A stretch of DNA of 64,000 bases, from positions 91,028 to 155,027 of IMG/VR virus record IMGVR_UViG_3300017917_003859; one strand, 5' to 3'. Origin of the DNA: a virus. Of the stretch, positions 33,314 through 45,154 are shown piece after piece. Below the pieces are notes generated by a model, which had not been told where the DNA came from, searched no databases, and saw only the letters and a list, made by a program, of their open reading frames with translations. A program made the translations under genes and the position numbers. Position 1 is the first letter of the stretch; every line of letters starts with the position of its first letter.

Positions 33314-33574
33314 ATGAAAAAACAACAACTCAAACAAATAATCAGAGAAGAAGTACGCAAAGTATTAACTGAAGGATTAAAATTTGGAAATGTAGGAAAA
33401 GGTGAAGAATATTTTGCTACTGAAGATTTTAGTATTTTTAAAAAAGGTGATAAAGTATATGTAGATACTGTTAGAAATTCAGGAACTGAAGTTGTTCTTG
33501 AATTATCTAATGATGCTGGAGAGCATGATTCTATTAAAGGTGATTTAAACGACGAAATTGAAGTATTTGATTAA
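33314..33574 (+). CDS. Protein with MKKQQLKQIIREEV..LTE leader
   Basis: Shared leader; start reassigned. Confidence 0.7.
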   Translation: MKKQQLKQIIREEVRKVLTEGLKFGNVGKGEEYFATEDFSIFKKGDKVYVDTVRNSGTEVVLELSNDAGEHDSIKGDLNDEIEVFD

Positions 33575-33575
33575 T

Positions 33576-33920
33576 ATGAAAAAAATTGAATTAAAAGAAA
33601 TTATACGTAAAGAAGTACGCGAAGCTCTAGACTCAGAATTCGAAAAGGCTCAAGACAAATTATATACTTCAGTAACTGGAAAAGAACCAGGTTCAAAAGG
33701 TTTAAATAAATTTAGAACCGATTCTAGTAATCCTAACAAAAAATATATAGTATCATATTGGTATACTACTAATAATGGTAATGATGTTGATAACGATTAT
33801 ATAACAGATGTTATAGCTACTTCTCCTGAAGAAGCTATTGAGGTGGTAATGAATAATAGGTTTGAGTATGGTGTTCCTAGAACTGCTAAAAATTTTAAAG
33901 CAACAGAACAAAAAAATTAA
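33576..33920 (+). CDS. Protein with MKKIELKEIIRKEV leader
   Basis: Shared leader; start reassigned. Confidence 0.7.
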   Translation: MKKIELKEIIRKEVREALDSEFEKAQDKLYTSVTGKEPGSKGLNKFRTDSSNPNKKYIVSYWYTTNNGNDVDNDYITDVIATSPEEAIEVVMNNRFEYGVPRTAKNFKATEQKN

Positions 33921-33946
33921 ATTAAATATTAAATAAATTTTAATTG

Positions 33947-33982
33947 AAGGCTTGGGAAACCAAGCCTTTGTTTGTATATTTA
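33947..33982 (+). terminator. Hairpin terminator fused with promoter
   Basis: Stem-loop identical to 32746. Confidence 0.75.
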
Positions 33983-33999
33983 CATTAAATAAATAAGTT

Positions 34000-35994
34000 A
34001 TGGAAAAAAAGATTATTACAAAGACTTTCAAATCGCTTAACGGAGTTATTAGTACTTGGTTTTATGAAGAAGACAAATTAAACCTAGGACCATTTAAAGT
34101 ATTAATCAAATATCCTGATGATTATACTTCAGATGCTGAAGATATAAGAAATAAAAATAAAAAACTTCCAAAAACAAAACAAAAATATTTCAACCCAGCA
34201 AATGGGAAAATGATCGGATACAACCGTGCAGTGCAGTTGGGATTAATAAAATAAGATTATGAAAGATGAATTTGTAACATATGAACAGGCACTAGCTCTT
34301 AAAGAGTTAGGGTTTGATGAGTCTTGTTTGGCTTATTGGTTTAATACAACCCCACCTAATCCAGAAGGACCGTGTATTGTTTATCATGAGAAACCGTATA
34401 ATAATAGAGAAATAATTAAAAATGTAATTAGGGAATTTTGTTGGGCACCACTCAAACAACAAGCCTTTAGATGGTTTAGGGATAAACATAATTTGTTAGT
34501 CACTATTCAAGCTATGATGAAAGATAGTTGGTTACTTACTATACAATCTACTGATTCAACTACTGCTAATGGTGTTTATAATGGTAAAAGATGGGAATTA
34601 GATAATGATGAAGGTTATGTTGAACCAAAGTCATATGAAGAAGCAGAACAAGCCTGTCTAGATAAATTAATAGAAATTTGTAAAAATAAATAAGACTAAT
34701 ATGGAAAAAGAATTTGTAACATATGAACAAGCTCTAGCTCTTGAAGAATTGGGTTTTGATGAACCTGTAATTAATGTATATGATCTTAAATCTAAGGAAC
34801 TAGTATTAGATGAAGATGATGAAATGATATGGGCACCAGTTCTTCATAATAATGGAGCAACTATTTCAGCCCCACTTTACCAACAAGCATTTAGATGGTT
34901 TAGAGAGAAGTATAAATTGATATCTTTTATAGGTTGTGATGAAAAGTTTTTCTTTTCAATAACTGACATACCCTATAAAGATAAATACTATTCTTCCCAT
35001 GATGGGTTAGAACATAATGCGTTTTATGAAACTTATGAAGAAACAGAACAAGCCTGTCTAGATAAACTAATAGAAATAACTAAAAACAAATAATAGGTTA
35101 TGAAAAAAGAAAAAGGAATTATTACCAAAACCTGGTTAGAGGTAAAAAAATTCATTGAAGAAAAACAATTCGATAAAGCAGAAGAAACAATAGATGTAGG
35201 AATTGCTCTATTATCTAAACTTACTTTGGATGGGTATGGAGATAAAGATGTAATTGAAAAAGTAAAAATGGAAGTGTGGAAAGAACGCTTCTGGATTACT
35301 CTAGAAAATCACATATGGGCTCGTCGTCCAGACTATAAAGAAAACTGGAAATGTTAATACAATGAGAAAAAAACAAATTCAACAAAATCCTCAATACATT
35401 ATTTTAAATGAACACGCTCAGGTATGGGTTGGGATTCGTGGTGAAGGATTATCATTTAGTGATAATTTGGATGAAGCAAAACCATTAGAAACCGATGAAC
35501 AATTCAATCATTTGAAAAGAATGACTTTATTTAAATTAGAAAAAATATTTGTATAAATGGCTGAAAAACGAGGAAATACAGGTAAATTAAATTACGACTT
35601 TAATCAAGCTGCAAATCTAGAGGTACAAATAAATGATGTTTGGTATAGAGTAACACCTAGAGAATTTCGTTCATTTAGTGGGCCACGCCGCATCAATGAA
35701 GCACAATATGCTGGTCCAACATATCTATTCGGAACAAATCAAATCATTACTAAATTTCCTAAAGTAGGAATTATGTTTTTGAATGATGTAGATCCTAGAG
35801 TAAAAAGCACCAAAAAATATTATTGGGAATAATAAAAAACTTGGCTTACAAAATCCAATTTCATATATTAACTTTAAAACAAACAAATTATGAGTAAATC
35901 AAGTAACAAATCAAAAGTAGAAACACTTAAAACGTGGTTAGAAGATTTAAAAAAACGTAGAAAAACAAATTATTCAAACTACCAAAAACACTAA
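34000..35994 (+). CDS. Run of small hypothetical genes, including tandem paralogues 34259..34693 and 34701..35093
   Basis: Shared EFVTYEQALAL.ELGFDE, APL.QQAFRWFR and YEE.EQACLDKLIEI.KNK. Confidence 0.7.
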
Positions 35995-36000
35995 CCTACC

Positions 36001-36723
36001 ATGGCTCGTACCAGTAAAGAATCAATAGATAATTGGTTTGATAATAATTTAGATTTAACTAACAGAATCATGTATGTAGGCTCAGTTCATAATGCTCATG
36101 AACATGAATCTGGAGTTGATGCTTATATGGCAGAATATGCCATAAAAGGAATTCAATTACTTGAATTAAGAAACTCAGAACCTATTACTATTATTATGAA
36201 TAATCCTGGTGGGGATTTTTTTCATGGATTAGCAATTTATGATACTATAAAATATTCTTCATGTCATTGTACTATTAAAGTATATGGTCATGCTATGAGT
36301 ATGGGTAGTTTGATTTTACAAGCTGCTGATAAACGTATAATGATGCCTAACGCTAGATTTATGATTCATTATGGGTATGATGCTAAATATGATAATGTAA
36401 AAACTGTAGAAAAGTGGATTGATGAAGGAAAACGTTTAGCATATGAAATGGAAAATATATATTTGGATGTTATGTTGGAAAAAGAAGAAAAAGAAGGACA
36501 CGGTTATTTAGCTAAAATCATTTCGGGAATCATGGCTAGACAATCTGCTTTAGAATATCCTCTTCCAACAACTAAAATATATTCATTTTCTAAAAATTTA
36601 GATAAAAAAAGAGAAGAAATACGAGCAGTATTAAAAGAAATGCTTAATTTTGATACTATATTAAATGCTGAAGAAACAGTAGCTTTAGGATTTGCAGATG
36701 AAATTTATAAGTTAAAAAAATAG
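36001..36723 (+). CDS. clpP: ClpP-family protease
   Basis: NNPGG, AMSMGS (Ser), RFMIH (His), AEE.V..GFADEI. Confidence 0.85.
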   Translation: MARTSKESIDNWFDNNLDLTNRIMYVGSVHNAHEHESGVDAYMAEYAIKGIQLLELRNSEPITIIMNNPGGDFFHGLAIYDTIKYSSCHCTIKVYGHAMSMGSLILQAADKRIMMPNARFMIHYGYDAKYDNVKTVEKWIDEGKRLAYEMENIYLDVMLEKEEKEGHGYLAKIISGIMARQSALEYPLPTTKIYSFSKNLDKKREEIRAVLKEMLNFDTILNAEETVALGFADEIYKLKK

Positions 36724-36755
36724 GCTTACAAAATTTATCAATGTATATTTAGATT

Positions 36756-37334
36756 ATGAAAATATTTAAATATAATAAAAAAACACTCAATTTTGAGTCA
36801 ATAAAATCATACAAATTATGGTTATCAATTATTAGTGCTTTATTAATCCTATTCTTAATAGGATGGGCTTCAGGTACTAATAAATATATTATTAATAAAA
36901 TTGTAAATAAAACAGAAATCACTGATACATTAGTAGTTCATGGGCAAAAATTTAGTGAAGAAGCATTAGTTGAATTACTTAAAGATTGCCATGTAAAATT
37001 TCCATACATAGTACTAGCCCAAGCCAAACTTGAGTCAGGCAATTTTACAAGTAAATTATTTAAAAATAATAATAATATGTTTGGCATGCGTAAAGCACGA
37101 CAACGTGTTACTACTGCTCAAGGGGAAAAGAATGAATATGCTTATTATAGAGATTGGATTGATTGTGTTTACGATTACGCTATGTGGAGTACTTGTGCTA
37201 CAAGTGGATTATCAACAGAAAATGATTATTTTAATAAATTAAGTGAAAGATATGCTGAAGATTCAACATATGTTATTAAACTTAAAGATATTATTAAGAA
37301 AGAAAAATTAGAAAGGTTATTTGAGGATCAATAA
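36756..37334 (+). CDS. Membrane-anchored GH73-like glucosaminidase/muramidase
   Basis: N-terminal TM helix; AQAKLESG, NNMFG, YAED..Y. Confidence 0.75.
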   Translation: MKIFKYNKKTLNFESIKSYKLWLSIISALLILFLIGWASGTNKYIINKIVNKTEITDTLVVHGQKFSEEALVELLKDCHVKFPYIVLAQAKLESGNFTSKLFKNNNNMFGMRKARQRVTTAQGEKNEYAYYRDWIDCVYDYAMWSTCATSGLSTENDYFNKLSERYAEDSTYVIKLKDIIKKEKLERLFEDQ

Positions 37335-37366
37335 TTTTGTATATTTATAATTAAATATATAAATAA

Positions 37367-38491
37367 ATGACATTAGTATTACGCACAGTTAAAGGATCTC
37401 CTTTAACTTATCAAGAACTAGATGATAATTTTACATACCTATCTTCATCAATAACTAACATAAGTGGTAGTGGTGGTGGGTTCCCATACACTGGATCTGC
37501 AGATATTAGTGGTAGTTTTTCATTAATAGGATCTGCATCTCTTAATGGTCCTGTAATATTAGAAGGAAGTTCCAATACAATATTAGTAAGCAGTAGTACA
37601 GGTGTAAATGAAATTACTCTTAACACTCCTTTTGATGGGACTAAAGCACGTTTTACTACTATAGCTGGAGTTAACGATTGGGCTGCGTTTACTATAAATG
37701 CTGCTTATGATAATGGATGGAATTTAGATAAAACTGAAAGTATAGGAGGATTTTTTAAATTAGATGCTCGAGATGCTTATCAAAGTATATCATTTTATAC
37801 TATCCCTACAGGATCAAATCCTCACATAGATGAGTCTTATATACTAGATATTAATTTAAATAATAAAATAGTATCTATAGCCTCAGATGGTGCTTTAAAT
37901 TCTCCAAACATAACTGGATCTTTATTAGGAACTGCTAGTTATGCTTTAAATGCTGAATCAGCAAATGCTTTCCCATACACTGGAAGTGCAGGAATATCTG
38001 GGAGTTTATTAATAAATGGATCTGGTTCTAGCATATTAAAAATCAATGGAACACAAGGAGAATTATTTAATGTAAATGATAGTTTATCCGGTTCTCTATT
38101 TAGCGTAAATAATATTTCTGGGTTTCCTCAATTAGAAACATTTTCTGATGGTGTAACAAAATTAGGCAATTATACAGCTAGAACTTTATATCATACAGCA
38201 TATTTAACTTCATCTGCTGCTAATGTATCTCACTCTGTATATTCTTTTAGTACTAGTAGTTATAATTCTGCTTTCTTTGAATATGTAGCTATCAGTGCAT
38301 CAAATGTAGTTGTAGGAAATATAAAAGGAGCATGGGCTGGAAGTAATATAGTATACACAGATGTATCTTCATCTGCTGGAAATCCTACCCCCATAACTTT
38401 ATCTTTAATAATATCCCAAAGTCAAGCTCAACTAATTTTACTATCATCAGGGAGCAGTTGGGAATTCAAAACAATAATAAAAGCAATATAA
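37367..38491 (+). CDS. Ser/Gly-rich virion fibre-like protein
   Basis: LTYQELDDNF N-terminus, two FPYTGSA.ISGS repeats, upstream ATATTTATA. Confidence 0.6.
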   Translation: MTLVLRTVKGSPLTYQELDDNFTYLSSSITNISGSGGGFPYTGSADISGSFSLIGSASLNGPVILEGSSNTILVSSSTGVNEITLNTPFDGTKARFTTIAGVNDWAAFTINAAYDNGWNLDKTESIGGFFKLDARDAYQSISFYTIPTGSNPHIDESYILDINLNNKIVSIASDGALNSPNITGSLLGTASYALNAESANAFPYTGSAGISGSLLINGSGSSILKINGTQGELFNVNDSLSGSLFSVNNISGFPQLETFSDGVTKLGNYTARTLYHTAYLTSSAANVSHSVYSFSTSSYNSAFFEYVAISASNVVVGNIKGAWAGSNIVYTDVSSSAGNPTPITLSLIISQSQAQLILLSSGSSWEFKTIIKAI

Positions 38492-38492
38492 T

Positions 38493-39251
38493 ATGTCAAC
38501 AAATATAAATTGGAAAGGTCCTGAAATTAATAGTAAAGGTTTAGTATTTTATTCTGATATTGGTTCTCCTAATTCATATTATGGAGAAAGTACAGTATAT
38601 GATTTAATGTCTAGATATGTTGGTTCATTTACTGGCAGCATAGCATATACTGGTTCTAATGATGGGTTTGTCTGTGTATCTAACAATGTTGGAGTTGCTG
38701 CTAGAATAGGAGTTGGAACTCAATTGAATGACATATTTTATACTACATCTTCTAAATTCACTATACAAACAGCTGTTCGTTTTAATACATTTAGTAATGC
38801 TAATGCTCCATATGGATGTGTATTGTTTGGTAACATGTATGATAATTTAGTTTATGGAGGAATCCAATTTAGAGTTTCTGCAGATGCCTATCCTGGAGTA
38901 TATTTGGTAACTTATGATGGGGGTGCTTCATATATGTATAAATTTCATGCTAATGAACTTTCAACTGGTATCTGGTATTTGCTAAGTTTAGTATATGAAG
39001 GTACAGGAATAACAGACGGAATTAAACTTTATGTTAATGGTGCTCTAACCACTGGTTCTTTTAATGAAGGAACTAATGGAAGTATAAATAGTTTTTATTC
39101 TACTGAGCCTTATTATATTGGTTCTTCAACTAATGTTACTCCAGGTCAAATGGATGGAGATTTTGCTTTAATGCAAATATATAATAGAGCACTATCTAGT
39201 GATGAAATATATAATAATTATACACAATATAAATCTAGATTTGGAATTTAA
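38493..39251 (+). CDS. LamG/concanavalin-A-like lectin domain protein
   Basis: GLVFY.D, KLYVNG, IYNRALS..EI..NY...K.RFG. Confidence 0.75.
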   Translation: MSTNINWKGPEINSKGLVFYSDIGSPNSYYGESTVYDLMSRYVGSFTGSIAYTGSNDGFVCVSNNVGVAARIGVGTQLNDIFYTTSSKFTIQTAVRFNTFSNANAPYGCVLFGNMYDNLVYGGIQFRVSADAYPGVYLVTYDGGASYMYKFHANELSTGIWYLLSLVYEGTGITDGIKLYVNGALTTGSFNEGTNGSINSFYSTEPYYIGSSTNVTPGQMDGDFALMQIYNRALSSDEIYNNYTQYKSRFGI

Positions 39252-39253
39252 TT

Positions 39254-39984
39254 ATGAAACGCGATTTAACAGACGGTCTTAAATTTTTTCCATGGTTATG
39301 GAAATATAGAAAAGGACATTTATTAGGGTTATTAGGAAATCTTGGCTTAGGATGGGGAGCTTTTATATATTCTTACCCAGACATTTCAGGAATACTAGTT
39401 ACTGCATTTTTTGGGACTTTAGTTCCTATTTTATTTGGTTTTTTATTAAGAAGAGATTATAACGACGCTAAACAAGGCTTTTCACGATGATTTTTAATAT
39501 AAGAAAAAGCCATCATCACTCTGATGGCTTTCTTTTTAAATTATTTAGTTCAATTCATATTTCAAATAGACTAGAATATATAGTTGAATTTGATCCTTCA
39601 TGTATATATGAATTACCAAATGAAGATCAATATGATATAAATAAATTATTTGGTTTTTCATCAGGCTATCATCACACCAACTCAGCTAGATTTGGATGGA
39701 ATTGGGATGGAAAACATTTACATATTTATTCATATTGTTATATAAATAAAAAAAGAGATATTTCTTATATTTGTTCTATAGAATTAGAAAAAGAATACAA
39801 ATTTATTATTATTGATAAAAAAACACAATACTTATTTACAATAATAGACCAAGAAATAAATCACATATATCAAACATCCATCAATAAACAATCTACACTT
39901 CTTCCAGGTTATCAATTATGGCCTTATTTTGGAGGTAATTGTAAAGCACCTCATAATATAAAAATTTCTTTAAAAACTTGTTAA
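39254..39984 (+). CDS. Two-TM membrane protein (39254..39490) and hypothetical protein (39487..39984)
   Basis: Hydrophobic helices; NKLFGFS..HH.NSARFGW, PYFGG. Confidence 0.6.
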
Positions 39985-40066
39985 AGAAAATTTGGCTTAC
40001 AGAATCCACTTTCATATGTTAATATAAGTTAAATAAATAAGTTATAAACCAAAAACAAAAATCAAA

Positions 40067-40297
40067 ATGACAAGTAACAGTAACAGTAAGTCGCTTAAGC
40101 GCAGAATGAACCAAACCGCAATTTTATCTTTCTTTAAAGCTCGTGAATATCGCGGTGATTTAACTCGTATCTCTGATGAAACTGGGTATTCATTATCTCA
40201 TGTTTCAAATGTTAAAGCTGGTCGTCGTCGCATCAATGATGAGTTGGCTAACTCAATGTACTACATTAGTCGTCGTCGTGTTAAGCAAACCGCTTAA
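40067..40297 (+). CDS. Small basic HTH-like DNA-binding protein
   Basis: ISDETGYSLSHVSNV.AGRR; own promoter (39992) and terminator. Confidence 0.65.
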   Translation: MTSNSNSKSLKRRMNQTAILSFFKAREYRGDLTRISDETGYSLSHVSNVKAGRRRINDELANSMYYISRRRVKQTA

Positions 40298-40322
40298 TAA
40301 TTAGTGCGCTAATACAATTATC

Positions 40323-40346
40323 AAGGTGGGCGCAAGCCCACCTTTT
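40323..40346 (+). terminator. Intrinsic terminator
   Basis: AAGGTGGGC-GCAA-GCCCACCTT-TT. Confidence 0.85.
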
Positions 40347-40365
40347 ACATTTTTAAATAAGTGTT

Positions 40366-43300
40366 ATGAAACCAAACGAATTAAGGATAGGGAATATAGT
40401 AATGCGTAAAAGCTTTATGCATGAATCTACCCCAGAAGGGAAATTGTTTTATCAAACAATAATAACCCCGAATGATATTCAGGCGTGCCTTATAAGTCCG
40501 GAGCATTTTAACCCTATTCCATTAACAGAAGAATGGTTAGTCAAGCTTGGATTAATTAAAGAAAACTTTACTGATAAAGTAGCAGAAGATTTAGGAGAAG
40601 AATTTCGTAAACCAGATATTGATGAAGATGGCAATGTTTGGTATTATTGGGTTAAAGGATTATTTAATCTAGAAATACAAAATAACGGTGAAATTTGGTT
40701 TGAAATATATTCTCACTATAAACATTTAGAATATGTTCATCAACTTCAAAATCTTTATTTTATATTAACAGATGAAGAATTAACAATAAAATAAATGAAA
40801 CCAACCGAATTAAGGCTAGGTAATTACGTATATCCATTTGATGATATAGAATTATGTTCAAATGAAGAAATATTTAAAAATTGCATTGAAGTAGATGGAG
40901 GAGTAATAATTTCTACTAGCACCTATTATCCAATTCCATTAACAGAAGAATGGCTTTTGAAATTTGGGTTTGTAAAGATTGGTACTTATAGAATTGAATT
41001 TGTAAAATATTCTAAATATAAAGATTTTGAAATTGAAGTTAGTTTATATATAAATGATGGTAAAATTGTAACAGGACAGGACTTTGAAATAAACTACGTA
41101 CACCAATTACAAAACCTTTACTTTGCTTTAACAGGGGAGGAATTAGAGATAAAATAATTTATTATGTTTAAAATAGGACAAGAAGTAGTTTGTGTAGATG
41201 ATACTCCAAACCCAAACAAAAAAACCCATCCTAAAATGAAATGGGTAAAAAAAGGAAAACACTACATTGTTAGAGACATATATAAACCTTATAAAGCTAC
41301 AGGTAATGAAATAGCTATTTTACTTGAGGAAATAGTAAATGATATTTATGTTTTAGGTAGAGAAATTGGGTATAACTCTGATAGATTCAAACCTGTAGAT
41401 ATGATTGAAGAATCTCAAGAATGGGCTGAAAGTATTTTAGAAGAAATAGAACAAGAAATAGAAACTGAAGTATGTATTGATATATAATTAATTATTGTCA
41501 ATTATGAATATCCTATTAAAATTAAAAGCATTTTACCTATTAGGTAAAATAGTATACATCCCAGAAAATAAAATAATAAAAGGATATTTATATTCAGTCA
41601 CTAAAGATGGATGGGGAAAAGTATATCCTGGTGGGCATGTAGTTCACGTATCTAAAATAAAAAAATTCTAGAATTAGGCTTACAAAAAAATAGGTTATAT
41701 ATTTACAGTAAATAAAAAGTTATGGCAGATATTACAATGTGTACAGGTACTAATTGCCCTGTTAAAGAGAAATGCTACAGATTTACAGCAACCCCAAATG
41801 AGTTATGGGAATCATGGTTTATAGAATCACCAATTACAGACGGTAAATGTGAAATGTATTGGGGAGAGAAATCTGAATCTGTATTTAATCAATTAAAAGA
41901 TATAACAAATGACACCAAAAGAGAAAGCAGAAGAATTAATCGATAAATTCTTAGAATTTACAGCAATTGGAAACTTTCCTAGCATAAATGCTAAAGAATG
42001 CGCTTTAATAGCAGTTGATGAGGTATTAAATAATATTGAATTAATTAATAATAAATATCAAATAAATTATTGGCGAGAAGTTAAACAAGAAATAGAAAAG
42101 CTATGACAAAAGAGGAATTTATATTTTATGTAAAAGGTATTATTGCCTCTGAGATGGAAAAAGGTAGAGTAGATTCATTAAAGATGAATACTTCAAATGC
42201 TGATATACACCTCATAGGCCCACTCAAACTAATTAAAGATGCTTTAGACAGCATCCAACCAGACTTCACACCTACACCAGGTTTCACTTTAGAAGAACCT
42301 AATACTAACTATTATAGAATGTATTATAATGCTAAACCAAAATCACATTTTGATACATGTCCTTGCAACCCAAAAAATGGTGGTAGTGGAGTGTGTGGAT
42401 GTGTTTTAGGATCATTAACAACATATTGTAAATAATGACAAAAGAAGAAGCAAAAGATGCACTAATTGAAGTGCTAATGAATCAAGTAGCAGATTTATCA
42501 ATGATGTCTAAAATTGAGTTAGGTGATGATGTAATCGCTGAGATTAAACGATTAAAAGAGATTATTAATGGATAGGAACGAAATATCAATAACCTTAACA
42601 AAGGAAGAATGGAGTAGGGTTAATACCTGGATTCAATCTTGTAGTAGACAGACATTTGAAAGAGTGGGTGATCAATGGTTCACGGAATTGTTAGATATCG
42701 TAAAACCATTTTATATGTCTTTGTACTTTTCTGATGATTATTCCGCTTGGAATATACCTCACGATTCTGAACATACATTAGTAATGAAAGGTGTATATTT
42801 TAGATACTTGGTTTTTTCTGTTGGTAGAATTGCTTATGATTTTGATGTTAAACCGATTACATCACAAATGGCTTATGACATTGTTACAAAATTAGAAAAA
42901 CAAGGTGATGATAAGTGGAAAAAAAACAGATGGTAATAATATGAACAGACTCATTAAAACACAACAAGAACATGAAGAGTATCAAAAAGAGGTTCGTAAC
43001 AGACAATACGAAACAAATCCTGTAACGGTTAGTTTTAGTGATGATTGGGATAATATGGAACCTTATAATTTTGATATTGAGTATATAAAAGTTACAAGAA
43101 CCGATAATCACGAAATTATAGAACGAGTAAAATATGAACAACATAGATAAAGATTTAAAATCTGTATTAAAAAGAGGTGGTGGTATAGCTTTGATTGTTT
43201 CTATGGTTGAATGTCCTAATTGTAACAAAGATATTTGGGTAGAAATGGGAAGTCATTGTGGATTTGATGGTACTTTAGATTTTGCCGTTGATACTCATTG

Positions 43301-43445
43301 TTATGAATGTTGTGAACCTATTAAAGTTGTATTTGAAACTAGTAACATAAAAGATACTGGATTTATGACTATATCGGAATCTACAGATTTTACATTTAAT
43401 AAGTTTATAAAAAATTGTAAAAACAAATATGAACAACCTAGATAA
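40366..43445 (+). CDS. Run of small hypothetical genes, including tandem paralogues 40366..40794 and 40795..41157
   Basis: Shared MKP.ELR.GN, PIPLTEEWL.K.G and YVHQLQNLYF.LT.EEL. Confidence 0.65.
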
Positions 43446-43481
43446 ACAATAGAAAGTTATGAACAACCTAGATAAACAATA
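43428..43481 (+). repeat. 24-bp direct repeat of the thyA start
   Basis: TATGAACAACCTAGATAAACAATA at 43428 and 43458; near-copy around 43133. Confidence 0.85.
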
Positions 43482-44790
43482 CACAGACCTACTCCAAGAC
43501 ATTTTGGATAATGGTTACACTAAAGGTGACCGTACAGGTACAGGAACACTATCAGTATTCGGAAGACAAATACGTCATAAAATGAGTGATGGATTTCCTT
43601 TACTTACAACTAAAAAGATGGCTTGGAAATCAATCGTAACTGAGTTGATTTGGTTTTTAAGAGGTGATACCAATATCAAATACTTAGTTGATAATGACTG
43701 TCATATTTGGGATGGAGATGCGTATAAGAGATATGTAAAATGGGTTGAATCGGCTAAAAACCAGAATAATGAAAATGAGATAGTCAAAATACCTATGTCT
43801 AAAGAAGATTTTATTGAAACCATTAAAGGTAATGATGAGATATTAAAAAAAATGGGTAAAAGATATTGTGATGAGTTTGCTAAGAAGTGGGGTGAGTTAG
43901 GTCCAATTTATGGTAAGCAATGGAGAAGTTGGTACAAAAGAGAGGTAAGACTTAGAAGTGATGTTGTTGGTGAACCACTAACGCTACCTGAAATTTTTGA
44001 AGTTAAAATACCAATAGACCAAATCTCAAACCTAATCAACGACCTCAAAACAAACCCAGACTCAAGACGATTAATGGTTAATGCTTGGAATGCAGGTGAA
44101 TTAGACCAAATGGTACTTCCACCCTGTCATTATGGATTTCAAGTTTATACAAGAGAGTTGAGTTTAAAAGAGAGGTTATCTTTATGGGATAAAAGATTTG
44201 GGTTTGCAAATGAAGAACAACAAAATCAATTCAATCCCGATGTACATTTAGATACACATGGAATACCTAAACCAGCAATCTCTTTAATGTGGAATCAACG
44301 TTCAGTAGATACATTCTTAGGTTTACCATTCAACATTGCTTCTTATGGATTGTTATTAGAAATCATTGCTAAGGCAGTGAATATGGTTCCTGATGAATTG
44401 ATTGGTAACTTAGGTGATGTACATTTGTATTCAAATCATATTGAACAAGCCAAGGAACAGATTGGTAGAGAATTGAGTTTGGAAGAAAGACAAGATTTGT
44501 ATTATAAATTAAATCCAGAGTTCAGATTGTTACATGATGACATGAACGAACATATGAATAAACATAATGTTCCAAAACGAACAAGAGAACCATTTCCACT
44601 ACCAACATTAAACATCAATACAGAGTTTTGGCCTTATGAAGGTGGTGAGTGTGGTGTAGGTCCATTAGATGCTATTAAAGTATTTGAATCATTTAAAGAT
44701 GACAACTTTTGTAAATGTTTATTGGAAGAAGATATACAATTAAGTAATTATCAATCACACCCAACAATTAAAGCACCTTTATCAAATTAA
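43459..44790 (+). CDS. thyA: Thymidylate synthase with insertions
   Basis: DRTGTGT, FPLLTTK, LGPIYG.QWR, LPPCH, QRSVD.FLGLPFN, HLYSNH. Confidence 0.97.
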   Translation: MNNLDKQYTDLLQDILDNGYTKGDRTGTGTLSVFGRQIRHKMSDGFPLLTTKKMAWKSIVTELIWFLRGDTNIKYLVDNDCHIWDGDAYKRYVKWVESAKNQNNENEIVKIPMSKEDFIETIKGNDEILKKMGKRYCDEFAKKWGELGPIYGKQWRSWYKREVRLRSDVVGEPLTLPEIFEVKIPIDQISNLINDLKTNPDSRRLMVNAWNAGELDQMVLPPCHYGFQVYTRELSLKERLSLWDKRFGFANEEQQNQFNPDVHLDTHGIPKPAISLMWNQRSVDTFLGLPFNIASYGLLLEIIAKAVNMVPDELIGNLGDVHLYSNHIEQAKEQIGRELSLEERQDLYYKLNPEFRLLHDDMNEHMNKHNVPKRTREPFPLPTLNINTEFWPYEGGECGVGPLDAIKVFESFKDDNFCKCLLEEDIQLSNYQSHPTIKAPLSN

Positions 44791-44814
44791 TAAACAAATA
44801 AACAATTATAAAAA

Positions 44815-44994
44815 ATGAGTAACGAAACAACATCCGGCATCAGCTTTTCAGGGCTGCTAACTATTGTCTTTATTGTATTAAAATTAACCAACTATATTGA
44901 TTGGTCTTGGTGGTGGGTACTATCTCCAATATGGATTCCAATTGCGGTATTGGTAGTAGTAATGTTAATTTATAAATCGTTTTTCGATAAATAA
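44815..44994 (+). CDS. Small membrane protein (59 aa, not in the track)
   Basis: LLTIVFIVLKL..IDWSWWWVLSPIW. Confidence 0.7.
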   Translation: MSNETTSGISFSGLLTIVFIVLKLTNYIDWSWWWVLSPIWIPIAVLVVVMLIYKSFFDK

Positions 44995-45154
44995 ATGGAA
45001 TTTTTACATGTGTTGGGCTTGTGCCCTGATTCAATTTCTCATTTAGATTTGATAGATATACTTATATCTAATTACAATGAATTAATTAGGATCTACCAGT
45101 TGTATATAAGTAAATAAAACCCTAAATATTTATAAATGTATATATTTATAAGTA

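Noticed and set aside
34259-35093. Diversity-generating retroelement template/variable repeats
   Set aside because: Differences are not adenine-specific, include indels, and no reverse transcriptase is in the window.
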